Shown here: piece after piece, positions 19,935 to 38,797 of the stretch
How the letters are laid out: each line of letters opens with the position of its first letter
Numbering within the stretch: the stretch's first letter is position 1
DNA from: Amoebidium appalachense
Taxonomy: Eukaryota > Protista > Ichthyosporea
Length of the DNA: 64,000 bases
Reading direction: 5' to 3'
Assembly (NCBI GenBank): GCA_963693365.1
Contig: CAVNZM010000016.1
Coordinates: 6,493,029 to 6,557,028, forward strand
Notes under the pieces: model-generated
Database searches by the model: none
Seen by the model: the letters and a program-made list of their open reading frames with translations, nothing else
What the model was told of the DNA's origin: nothing
Made by a program: the position numbers and the translations under genes

Positions 19935-20042
19935 TGATACATAAAACCTGCTTCACTCTCTCCGATGTACATGTGCACCCAAAAAAACTGATACATAAAA
20001 CCTGCTTCACTCTCTCCGATGTACATGTGCACCCAAAAAAAC
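19935..20042. repeat. Tandem duplication, 54-bp unit x2
   Basis: TGATACATAAAACCTGCTTCACTCTCTCCGATGTACATGTGCACCCAAAAAAAC at 19935 and 19989. Confidence 0.85.
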
Positions 20043-20292
20043 AAAATCTACCAATGAGACCATACACACTTGCAACTGGTCCATACCACCACTATAAAGT
20101 TTTCAAATTGTCCATGAGGTCCTCAAACCTGCCTCCATTCTCGAGTATGATGTGTGGATACTATCTTTTTATATTTACTCGGCCACTGTGGCAAGGAATT
20201 CGAAAGGGGGGAGAAAAAGGTACAAGAAACCCTGCCAAATTTCCGTTGTGATACCCATCATCGGCTGAGAAATACTGTACATGTGAAGGCAT

Positions 20293-20514
20293 TCACTTGT
20301 TGCCACCAGTCCCTTCTCCAGCAGCCTCGTTGTGGGCAGCTGCAGATTGCGCACGTGCCGCGAAGGAGCCCCCTCCCACATCCCCACCCCCCTTCGCCTG
20401 AGTAGACTGAATTCTGGACGCGTCACTCCGTGTCATGGGGTTACCCTTCCCACCCCCACCGCTGCCGCCCTTGGAGCCCCCTCCCCCTCCTCCGCTTCCG
20501 TGGCCTTTTGTCAT
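20293..20514 (-). CDS. Small Gly-rich SMP/LEA-like stress protein, 73 aa
   Basis: MTKGHGS...PMTRSDASRIQSTQAKGGGDVGGGSFAARAQSAAAHN matches the MT..DA.RIQS...GSFAARAQSAA.N pattern of seed-maturation-protein-like domains. Confidence 0.8.
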   Translation of the reverse strand: MTKGHGSGGGGGGSKGGSGGGGKGNPMTRSDASRIQSTQAKGGGDVGGGSFAARAQSAAAHNEAAGEGTGGNK

Positions 20515-21559
20515 GATGATGGTGTGTACGTGCAGGAGATAGCTTGTTGATGAGGTCGACGGTAAGAGAAAGTGCACAGAGAGAGGCACAGCAATTTTTT
20601 CAACGCTGTTGTAGATGGATGAGGACCGTTGTTGAAACAAGTTTTTTTTGCGTTGGGTTTTTATACTCATGGCCATCACCGGGGGTAGTAGTGTCACACG
20701 AACTGGGAGGGAAAAGGAAAAACGAACGTCGACACGAACACGAAAGTTTACGTCACATTTTTGGCTCAAACGAACATGACAATGTGAACAACTCGTGTAA
20801 CGGATCCGAATAGGTCTTGCCGACCGATATATTCTGACACGTATATGTGAACTCTCATGTGAACGTTTGTTCGTGTGACCATGACATGTACTGTACATGT
20901 GAACTTTTGTTCGTGTTTTGTGTTGCGTGTGTATTCTGGGCTCTCCTTAAACACACACACCTGCTACTATGTACATCACTCAAAGCATGGTGCCCAAATT
21001 AAAAACTCCCGTGTTTCAGCAGTTGGGGTTCCTTATACCTTTGGCAGTCAAAAGGAAAAAAAGAAGAAATGACAGGGTTTTGTTGTTAAGCGGCTCCTGG
21101 TTGCAATGTCCTTGCATTCAAAAGAAAAAAAGAAGAAAAAAGAAAGAAAAAAAAACCCTTGGAAGATGGGATCTATTCAAGCTATTCCTTGGTCTGATTG
21201 GTTTAGCCCAGTGATCTAAATTTTAATGTTTAAAAGGTTTACCAATCAGCTTTCACATGCGTACATGTATGACCTGCAACGAATCAGCGTGCTCTATGCT
21301 CTAAGGATGATTAACCTCCCCAAATATGGTTTATTTTTCTGAGATCGACGCGGATGGACCGAACCGTGGTCCGTGAACAAACCGGCATGGGAAACAGCTA
21401 ACACAGCTGCATAATATGATTTTATTTCGTCTCACAATGAGTTTGAGGCGACATTTTTCCAAGGCCTCCTTATCATCCGGGCCTGAAAACGGATACGTCA
21501 CGATCTGAAGCTGAAATCCGGGTCAGGCCGAAATGAGGTCTGCACCACGGCCTGTCTGC

Positions 21560-21602
21560 ACCCGGCCACGGCCCTCTTTTTTTCAGAGGGCCGTGACCCG
21601 GC
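21560..21602. mobile_element. 29-bp P-family transposon excision footprint with 7-bp TSD
   Basis: ACCCGGC-[CACGGCCCTCTTTTTTTCAGAGGGCCGTG]-ACCCGGC. The right 21 nt are the exact reverse complement of 62934-62954, upstream of the THAP ORF. Confidence 0.75.
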
Positions 21603-23665
21603 CTGTTCCGAGAATAGCATCAGAAATCGGAGGCCTGTTCCACAAATAGTAACAGCCGGTTTTGGCGGGAATATTAGCCAATCGCCGCTTCGACTTTTCG
21701 GCTGTTTTTCACGTTTTACATTTGTGTTTCGTTGACTTTCGTGTTTCGTTGGTGTAGGCAGGCTATATGCCGAATGCACATTCGTGTGAAAGCTTGAGCA
21801 TTCATGCTTTTATTCTTTGACAGAGACCCCCATCACATTTGTATTCCAAAAGCTCATTTATTTGTGTAGGTTTTTTAGTCTCGAGTCATAGAAATGTAAG
21901 CTCACTCAAGTCAGTGTATTGTGTGCGGCTGCCAGCCCAACTTCGCCTCTGAGCCAGCCTGGACGGGCAAGAACGATGTGCGTGTACAAAGTGGTTGAAC
22001 CTCTTTTCAACAAACACACGTAAATTGGGTGGCGGGTTTTAGACACGTTAAGATAAAGCCATCATAGCAAAGGGGGGAGGGGAGGGGTGGCAGCAGGAAG
22101 AAACTGAAGCTTTGAGAGCCTCCCTCCCCCCCCCCCCCCCCCCCGGCCCTCCCCCTCCCCCCCTCCACAATAACAGGGGGAGGGTGTCAGGGTGCTTGGT
22201 TAGTGTCTCCCCCCCTTCTTATCTTCTCCAGCTAAGCGCGTGGTTCGCTGTTCACGAGTCCCACCGCATCTCTCATTGACGGTCATGGGTCCCCACTTCC
22301 AAAACCGTTATCTTTTCGTCTTTCTGTCCTCCATTACCACACCTTAAGCTACCAACCTTTTCTTCACATATTCGTGATGAGCAAACTTCAATATTGTCCT
22401 AGGAAAAACTTCTTCGTGCTCATGGTGTGTATGTCTGTGCGCGGGGCGTTGGTATGTGTTTGTGTGTCTGACTCACAATGCATGCGAGCGCGTCTGCATG
22501 CTACTTGTGTAGGCGGCAGACGTGTGGGCGTGTGTATGTGCTGCCTGAACTACTTAGGTGTGCGTACGTGTTTGGTTGTTGTCGGTGTAGTGTAGTTTGT
22601 GTGTGCGCGCGTGCGAGCTCACTGCATTTGTGTCTGCCTGAATTCGAAGGTTGCACATATGTGTGTCCGGCGTTGACATGTGTCGTTTCACACACTCTCA
22701 CTCGCTGGCTCTTTACTCATTAGGTGCTGAAAGTGAGAGCACATGCACGTGCATTTGTATACGGAGTATGTGTTGGCGGGCAGGGCAGCCGGAACCGCTA
22801 ATGCTCAGCTGCCCCCTTCCCCCGCCCTCCCCCCCTCCAACCCCCTCCCCCCCGCCCCCTTGCTAAACAGTTCTGCTCCATTACTAATTAGTAGGCAGGC
22901 TCAGTTGTTGGTTTATGGATCCCACGGGGCCGCTACCCATGCGCAAACGGAATAAGGCCCCAACAAAATGGTCAAACCATTTTCCCCACCCTCCACCCAC
23001 CCCACCCTGGGATGGAACACAACGTTCACACCCGCTCCGGCCGCATGCGCATGCATGCACGCACTGCCGACATGAAAGCTTTTCAGCGACCGCGTCGGAG
23101 CTCTCCGCACAGTGCCGGATACGATCCCATTCGATCGCATCAAAGTCTCAAGAAATTGTTTGCGCAATCGTATATTCGTTGAAAGACATCAATCGGGCGT
23201 TTCAATATGAGTCGCCAGCCGAAATCGAAGTCAAAAGAAAAAAAGTTCGAGGCATGAGGGAGCAGTTGGCACCCCCTTCGGCCAGTTCAAAAACCCTCGG
23301 TGGCTCAGAGTTTTTCGAATGGCATGCGGTGAGTTTTTACACGGCTCACAGCCTAAGCCAATCAAATAAAGAAAAATCAGTGTTAACTTAATCGCGCGCT
23401 CGCTCCAGCAATTAGGGCGTGACGTCATAAGTTGCGAAACCATATTTGGCCAAGATGGTCACCACAGCTCTCGAGAATTAGATGAAATTCATTGATAAAC
23501 AGAAAGTGAAGCATCTTTTAGATAGCCAGGTTTGTCTTTTTAGATGAAAACTATCTTACAATAAATATCTTTTGAGATGTTTTTGTTCAAATTGCGATTG
23601 ATATCCCCCTATACCATATGGATCAACTGTTCGGTTTGCTTGAGGCCGATGATCTACATAGTGAA

Positions 23666-23879
23666 GGGGTTTACGCTGTTTACTCGAGGCAAAGAGAACC
23701 AGTCTCAGGTATGGGGGGGGGGGTTTTGCTCGGAGTATCCCCTCAGCGGTATATCATGATCACGTACATAGATGTCGGGTGGTGACTATATATCAGGGTT
23801 TACTTTACCTACGAGACACCATAAAGATTACAAGGAGAAATCAATTAGTTGGGGTTCCCCGGTTTTTTTTTTTTTTTTT
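23666..23879 (+). repeat. Second near-identical copy of the short oligo(T)-ended element
   Basis: Matches 6055-6296 with only a few substitutions. Ends GGGGTTCCCCGG plus a T-run. Confidence 0.75.
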
Positions 23880-24198
23880 GCAATGCTCTGTTCAAACTGA
23901 GTGCTTGGAAAACGTTGTAAACAATTGCAAAGCCATTAGGAATATACAATACAATACCTTTGAAAGTTTAAGAGTTGCCAGCAGATGAACACACACGTTG
24001 ATGGACCGTGCTACACACACATCACACACCCTACTAGAATATTTGAATACGTGTATATATGAGTATCATCTGCCGCACATCCATTTCCTCCGAACTCTTT
24101 TTAGGTTTTTATTAGGGACAAATAAATAAGTTTTTCGAAAGCGTAGCTACACAACACTCAAGGAGCTTTTTGTGCATTTCAGAAAAACACTACGGCAA

Positions 24199-31192
<6,994 letters not shown>

Positions 31193-32827
31193 TTGGTTGA
31201 ACACAACCAAAATTAATGGAAACCCGTGATTAAAAATTAAAGTACTGTCTAGGTTAGGTGGATTCTTATTACTCAGGGGATCTGCATCAATGTACGAATA
31301 GATTTGTGGTGATATTTTTTGACCACGCTGCATGCACGAAAATTACAATTTTTCGGCAGTATACTGGGAAGTAACGGGAAATATTCGTGGATATTTGGAA
31401 GTGAGTTTTGTGTATTGACATGACATTTGTGTGTTATAGAGTTCTGCAGTACTAATTAAATAATACCTAGATGATTGCACAAAGCCGTGCGAGACTAAAT
31501 ATCTCCATCATAACTTTAATTAACCCCGAGCCGATCGCCCGGAAGCCAAAATCGACCACAATTTGAAAGATAGAAAAAAAATCATTAGAAGCGGTTTTAG
31601 TGGATAAAAATGCAACAAATACATGTATATATGTCTTTATTTGCGTGCCATAAAAGAAAACGGCGTGTTTCTATGCATCCGCACGTGTTATGAACACGTG
31701 ATTCGTGTCGATTTTGATGACCGCGGCGGGGTTCCTTTCAAGAGAGTTGCGTAATATGAATCCCCGTAATAATTTTTGCAAATCGGATTGAAGTTCAGGG
31801 TTAATAAACTGGTGGTGAAGTGGCTCTATTACCCAACATGGTAATATGCGAGAAATTCATGGGGTACTGTGGTGGTTTCTAAATGGCCATGCATATGTGT
31901 GGTCGACGTCTCAAATTTAATGGTAATTTTGTTTGAATCGATCGAGTATACCATAAAAAATTATTCAGATCTATTAATTAATTGTAAATCATGATCATTT
32001 TCTCGAATGAATAAAACCCCGGTCAAAACTTGGCAAACATGCTGCAACAACATGTCATTGATCATGACGCAAAAATTAAACTGTGTATGTACATGTGTGT
32101 ACACGGTAACGCACGTAAAAATATTTGCCCATATAAGCACTGCGAACTCTGCATCCAGTGCCCCAAAATTATGCATACACGTACAGGCATTTGCATTTAA
32201 ATTTGTGCGTCTGCGCCCCAGGCTGCGGCTTAGTAAAGTATGTATGCACACGGTCCTTGTATCACTTGCATGATCATGGGCATATTGTAAATCTGTCAAT
32301 ATCCGGCATTACATATGATATGATCAAACAAAATCAACCATTGACTTTGCCTATGCTGGGGCATCACCATCCGTCGTACGACACGTACTCCCGGCTGCAG
32401 CAAAGTAGAAGAAAAGCACAGGTAGGGGCAGGGGCCCGTGTGCGTGTGGGTGGGTGGGGGGGGGGGGGGGGGGGGGGGGGGGTTGAGAAGGGGTGGGAAA
32501 GGGGTTGAGAAGTGCCGCAAGTGCCTACCAACAAAAACACACATGCAATTCCTGGGTTTGGCAATTTACAAACTGACTGCACAAGAAAGTGTGTTCAACT
32601 GTAACGTTTATTTTGGACCAACGCCCAACCTTCATGAATTATTAAAGATATCCAGCCCGCTCATATATGAACGAGCAAACCATACGTATACAAAAATGCG
32701 TCTATATCCAAATTCATACAAAAACATGTCAAGTATCCCGTGTTTGCAATAGTTTGGAATCGGAAAAAGAGGCCACAGGCCCAATTTATTTCCACCGTTT
32801 TGCAGAGAAAAACAACAAGTTGTGTGT

Positions 32828-35359
32828 TTACTTCTCCTCCTTGACGAGGTCCTTCTTGAGCACACCCATGAAGCTCTTCTTCTCGGCGTGCGTCTGGAAG
32901 CGACCGTGGCCGAACTTGGACGACGTATCAATAAACTTGAGGGTGATCTTCTCGAGGGCGGCACGCTTGGTATGTGTGTGCAGGCACTTGCGCAGAGTCA
33001 GAACGCGCTTCTTGGGGCCCACCACGCAGCCCTTGAGCAGGACAAAGTCGTTGGCCACCTCACCGTAGTGGGGGAACCCACCCATGGGGGTGATGGACTT
33101 GTCCGTAAGATCGTACTCGGTGGACGCATTGTTCTTGATCGTCTGTGAGGGTAACATGGTTAGGAAACGCGCCGTGTGTTCTTAGGACGCAAAATTTCAC
33201 ACCCTTCCCACATTGTTGCCAGAGCCTTACAAACCATTACACAACAAATACAGACATAGGGGGTACATCACCATAACATAGAAACAAATCGCATGACATT
33301 GCCGTGTTTATGTTGTCACATAACTCGCTCCAAGAAGCAGCTGCCATCGACACCCCTTCCCCCTTCTCCGAAAAAATAACCCAACACAGACAGAAAAACA
33401 ATGCGTACACACCTTGCCGTCCTCTGTGCGGATGGCATCACCGATGCGGTAAATCTTCTTGTTCTGCTCGGTACGGTGGTGGTAGCCGTTCTGACCGGCG
33501 CGGGGCACAGTGAAGCCCACACGAGCAGGGTGCCAAGAGCCAATGCAGGCAACCTGAAGAGGTAGACATGTCAGTGTACATTAAAAGAATGATGTTCCTC
33601 TCTGAGGAATACCCAAAAATTGCACACGCAAAAACATAATAAAAACACTCCACACTACCTTTGCACACTAACACCCCCGACCTTATTCTGCAAAAATATA
33701 TGTAATGGAAATAACTGTGCTTCGCGCCAAAAGTCAGGAGCAGGTATCTCCATTTTTAGCACGAAGAGCTATTTATATACCTTGCGCAGACCACGGTGGG
33801 TCTTGCGGCGCAGCTTCTTGGTGCCCCAGCGGAAGGTCACACCCTCGTAGCCGTGACCAGTGGTGACACCGATGATGTCAATCATCTCGTCCTGGGCGAA
33901 CACGTTCTTGACGGGCACCTCCTTCTCGAACAGGCCCTGGGCAAAGGCCACCTTGTCGGCAATGGAGCCGCCATTGACCTGGATCTCCATGATGTGGGCC
34001 TTCTTCTGGCCCAGGTTGAGCTTGGACACCTGCGTGTGGGCCAGCACGCGCACGACCGTACAGTACTTTTTGATGCGCTCAAGGTCAGCCTCGAGCTCCT
34101 TCTTGCCGGCCTCCTCCTTCCACTTCTTACTGCAGGGATGAACAAATATGTTAGCATTCCTCCAACTATCCCTCAAGACACACCGCAATATGAAACAGCC
34201 ACAATTTTACCCCGTATAGGCAAGATCAGCATATCCACTAGCCTCAAAGGCGAATGCCACTAGCCTCAAAGGCATCGAGTTAATGTTGCAGAGCGAAGCA
34301 CCGACAAAGGCCTTCGTGTACTTTGAGCAAACAGCAGAGTTTAAAACACTGGCAATATGGTGATGCACCGTTCCGCAACGTGGTACTGGTGCTACTGGAC
34401 GAAGGACCCACCTGTACTTGGTGAAGGCCTTCTTCTTGGAGCGGTACCAGTTCTTGTAGAAGCGACGCTTGACCTCATCCGTGAGGTTCTGGGTCCACAC
34501 CGTGGCCAGGGCACGCAGGCCGCGGGGGGTGGCAACGTAGCCCACGACACCCACAACAACCATGGGGGGGGTCTCGATGACAGTCACGGCCTCAACGACC
34601 TCCTTCTTGTGCATCTCTAAAGTTCACAGGGGAAGAGACATTGTAAGGTGTGTGGATAGCCTACTCGACACGTATCGCCCACGTGGGGGACAGTGGTGTC
34701 TTTCGTGCGTATGCACGTGTGTACTGGGCACATGCAAGCAGCGGTGCCGTTCGCCAGCGTGCTTTAGTGGATGTAAGCCATTTGACCAGGTCTTCATAGA
34801 CAACCGCAAGAACAAGCCAAGTGAACTTTAGAATACCAACCATGCAGATCCACTAGCGTGCAGGATGCCAGCAATAACTCGAGCCCCACCAACAAGACAT
34901 GACACCGCAAAACAACGCCCAACGCAGCAAAAAAAAAGGACACTAGCGAAGCCCGAAAAGAACAGCCTCAAAACAGTTTCACACTTACTTGCGCCGATTC
35001 TGTCGACTTCGCGCACGATGTGGGTCATGCCGGCCTTGAAGCCCATGAAGGCCGTCAGGTGGCACGGCTTGGAGGCGTCGTCGCGGGGGAACGACTTCAC
35101 CTTGCCGCGGTGGCGCTCAGCGCGCTTGCGCGGCAGGAAACCGAGAGACCCGTGGCGGGGCCGTTCGAACTTACGGTGGCTGGAAAGAATATGAAAAGAT
35201 CAGAATTTCCTCACACTGCATGTCCTCCTAACTCCCACTATCCATCCTGAAACATATCGATGTGGATCCATATCCTTGCACCACCATCCTTGCCCCATCC
35301 TTTGCTACAGATAAAGAGCTACGTTTGTGAGTGTGCGGTTTCGCTCAAGCGTACCTCAT
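32828..35359 (-). CDS. RPL3: 60S ribosomal protein L3 (uL3), 401 aa, 6 exons
   Basis: Exons 35359-35355, 35179-34989, 34616-34412, 34129-33781, 33553-33413, 33142-32828 (1206 nt). [83 protein letters not shown]. Confidence 0.98.
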
Positions 35360-35880
35360 TCTCCTTTCTCCTCAGGTCAAGTCGACCAAGTCTCAGATAG
35401 AAATAGAGAACGAAAGAGGCCTCTCTGTGTGACAGACACGAGACAAAATGGCTACACAGTAAACTTGTGAGGGTGATTGAAGGTGCACCAATCAACTATC
35501 AAATAGGTAACTTTTGAGGTAGAACAAAGCATTGCAGCGTGCCTTGGCGGCACGGCCAGCTGAAACAGAGAGGCGCGGGAGAGAAGGGGAAAAAGACAGA
35601 GGGAGGGAGAAGCTATAGAGCTTTACGCTGTTTGTGTTATGAACAGTAGTGCTTCTCGTTTTTTGTGGGTGGGTTAAGATAAGTATACATATTTTGATTG
35701 AACAGGTGCTTAGTTTTTTTTCCTTTGGGGAGATTTTTCAGTGTAAGCGGCCTACCATTTGAGAATCCTCGCGGCACACCGACAGCCAAGCCAAGCCGTA
35801 TACCATCGAAAGGGTAGCACACACGCGATCTTTCGCCTCTCCATTTTTCGTTTCTCGTTTTACAACACAAACAGAAGAAA
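35360..35880. promoter_or_regulatory. Bidirectional promoter region between RPL3 and MRPL43
   Basis: Divergent ATGs at 35359 (-) and 35881 (+), 521 bp apart. The region has no microsatellite tracts. Confidence 0.6.
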
Positions 35881-36170
35881 ATGACGGCTTTCTCGCGAGG
35901 TGCACTCCAGCATGTTGACCGCTATGTCAGCCAACTGCGGCAACTGTCGCTCAACTACTGCAGGGGAGAGTGCAGCGAGGGGCTGAGGTGTGTGGCTTCT
36001 AGAAGCATCAGCTTTCCCTATGTTTAATGGCCTTGTCATCTCCATGGAAGCATTTATTTTCAGAAAAAGTGGTTTTCTCTCTCTCTGAAAGCGTGTTTTG
36101 TGTGCACGCCTGTTTGGGTGCCTGGTAGTTGTGAGTCCTGGTATGTGTGTGTGGGTGAGTGGGTGATTAC

Positions 36171-36206
<36 letters not shown>

Positions 36207-36795
36207 TTGCGTGTGTGAGTGTGTGTGTATGGGCATCTCTCTCTCTCCATCTATTCTCTGTGTGTGTGTGATGTGCGCGCGCGCTCGCGCGCGTGTGTGT
36301 GGTGTGAATGTGGTGTAAATCTGTGAAGTGTGTGTGTGCGCCCGCGCGTGTGTGCGCGAGCTCGTGTGTTATGTGTGCATGTTTTACTTTCATAAGCATG
36401 TTTGTTTTGGTTGTCAATTTTGTCTTCTTTCCTGTTTTTGAATTTGGATGGGAGGGAGTCTTTGGTTCGTTGTTTACTGTTTAGGAGTGTACATCTGCGT
36501 ACCGACGTGTGATAACTGCCTTCTCTCCGTGTCCTCCTTTTGGACCTGCCTTCCAAATAGCTCCGTTGATATTGCATTCTGCCCGCGCTTCTGTTTGCAT
36601 GTTATTGCACGTAATGCATCGTACTCTTCCTTGTCTCACTTCCTTTATCAACCACATACTGACATGGATGATCCTCCCTCTACCTCCCGTCCACTCCCTC
36701 TTTCCCCCGCCTGCCTGACCTTTTTTTGTTTCCTTTCCTGTCTTTCTCTCTCTCTCTCTCTCTCCCCCCCCCCCCCCCCTACACCCACGCACACA

Positions 36796-36857
<62 letters not shown>

Positions 36858-37984
36858 AGGACGTTCATCGACAAGAATGCTGTTGAGTTTGCAAAGGCCA
36901 ACCCCCAGGTGCTCGTGCATGCTGTGAGGTCCACACAGCCACGGCCATACATCGAGGCACACTATGGTGGGTGGGTGTGGGGGGAGGGGGAGGGGGGGGG
37001 GGGTGAGCGGTGGGGATTGTGTGTGGATGGGGGTGGGTGGGTGGGAGGATGTAGCTAAAGGTGGGTGCGGGTGGAGGGGGTGGGGGGTGGGGGTGGAGAT
37101 GGGGATGGTTGATGGATGGGGGGTGGGGGGAAAAGGGAGGGGCTGTGGGTCCGTGTGTGTGTGTATGGGTGTGGGTGGGTGTAGGTGTGTGTTGAGAGGG
37201 GGGGGGGAGGGGGAGAGGCTGGACCGTTTGTGGGTTGTACAATGGTTGGCATGCTTTTTTTTTTCTTCTGGGGGATGGGAGAGTGTCGAGTATGTGTTAG
37301 GGGTATAGGTAAGTAGGGGTGCTTATATATTCACGGGGGAGGAGCATATCAGATCATCAAACAAGGATTTGTAATGCTCATTCTGCCAACCCCCCCACCC
37401 ACACGTGCGCGCACACTCACACACATACACGTTCATATGTAGTACATGTGTATGCATTACACATATACACATACACATGTACACATGCACATGCACAGAC
37501 AGATGTAATACGGGGATGCTCACGAACGTAAACGCAGGCACATCTATCCATATCTAGATATTCATATACACAAGCATATGCGCATGTGCACACACAAAAA
37601 GGCACATACGCAAGCGCACACATACATGCAAATACTCAAGCGCACACACTTGCAGGCCTGTTAACGTGTGTGTATAAACAACACATAACGTCCAATACAC
37701 CCATTCCTACATCCCCGCATGTGTACATGTCCGAACCAAAAGTTATTCAGCTTCTACTAACCTATCACCTCTCCAATATCCCCCCCCCCACCCACCCACC
37801 CACCCACCCACCCCACCCTTCACACACACACACACACTTTCTCCCGCTCTCTCCCACCATCCGGCCCTTCACCCTCTTTCACAATTTGTAAACCCCACTC
37901 TAATCCCATCCCACTCCTCTCTCGTACCCTCCCCCCCCCCCCCCCCCCCCCCCCCCTCCCCCCGGCGCCTTCCCCCGCCCCTCC

Positions 37985-38044
<60 letters not shown>

Positions 38045-38349
38045 CACATACACCCCACCACCTACCCACCTCTTCTCCTCCCCAACCCCCCTCCTCCTTC
38101 TCCCCCCCCCCACCCCCCCTCCCCGCGCATCTTATTTTTCGCAAAACTGCAGTTAACGGACACGTCGAGAAGGTGGACGTTAACCACAAAGATTTTAAAG
38201 CAGTGGCCAAAACGGTCGAATCGTTAAAGAACGCAGCGGGGAGGAAGCCCCAGAGGCTCACAAAGTGGTGGCATACGGACAGGCCGTCTGTTCAGGGAGA
38301 GTGGAACCCGTTTATGAACCAACAGTCCTATTTTGGAAATCAGCAGTAG
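35881..38349 (+). CDS. MRPL43: Mitochondrial ribosomal protein mL43 (L51/S25/CI-B8 domain), 136 aa, 3 exons
   Basis: Exons 35881-35987, 36860-36966, 38153-38349 (411 nt). RYVSQLRQLSLNYC..CSEGLRTFI...VEFAKANPQV...PYIEAHYVNG...WHTDRPSVQGEWNPF. Confidence 0.9.
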
Positions 38350-38639
38350 GGAATGGGTTTTGTTTTGTGGTTTAAGGAGGGGGGGGGGGGGGGGGGTTCT
38401 AATGGTCGTGATTAAGTGTGATCTGACCTTTCAGGGAAAGGGGGGGGGGGGGGGGGGGGGGGTCGCTTTTGTTTCATCTGTACGCCTTTTTTTGTTTTGT
38501 TTTGCGGTGTTTTGTTTTGGTTTTTTTGTCTCTTCTCTCGCTTGTGAGGATGTGGGGTATGGGGGATTCAATAAGCCTCCTTCGCGTCCTTTTTTTTTCC
38601 CCTGTTGTTCGCGACTGTTCCATGTACAAGGTTATACTT

Positions 38640-38709
38640 CGGTGGGGCACTCTATTCATGGCAACAAAGATCTGTGGGGTAGTACTGGCTGGCTGTGCCG
38701 GCGTGCTCG

Positions 38710-38741
<32 letters not shown>

Positions 38742-38797
38742 AATATTCTGGAGATGAGCCGTGCATCCCCCGGAACCCCCCTGATGATGGGCTCTGT
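38640..38797 (+). ncRNA. Diverged, probably decayed copy of the permuted hammerhead-like RNA
   Basis: CCCCCTGATGATGGGCTCTG (canonical CUGAUGA). Stem II equivalent GGGCAC/GTGCTC directly before GAAA. CATGGC/GCCGTG helix. GAAAC has expanded into poly(A) and the NUH triplet is not intact. Confidence 0.4.

Noticed and set aside
22915-23391. 158-aa ORF
   Set aside because: No motif, splice partner or other evidence that I can support by eye.
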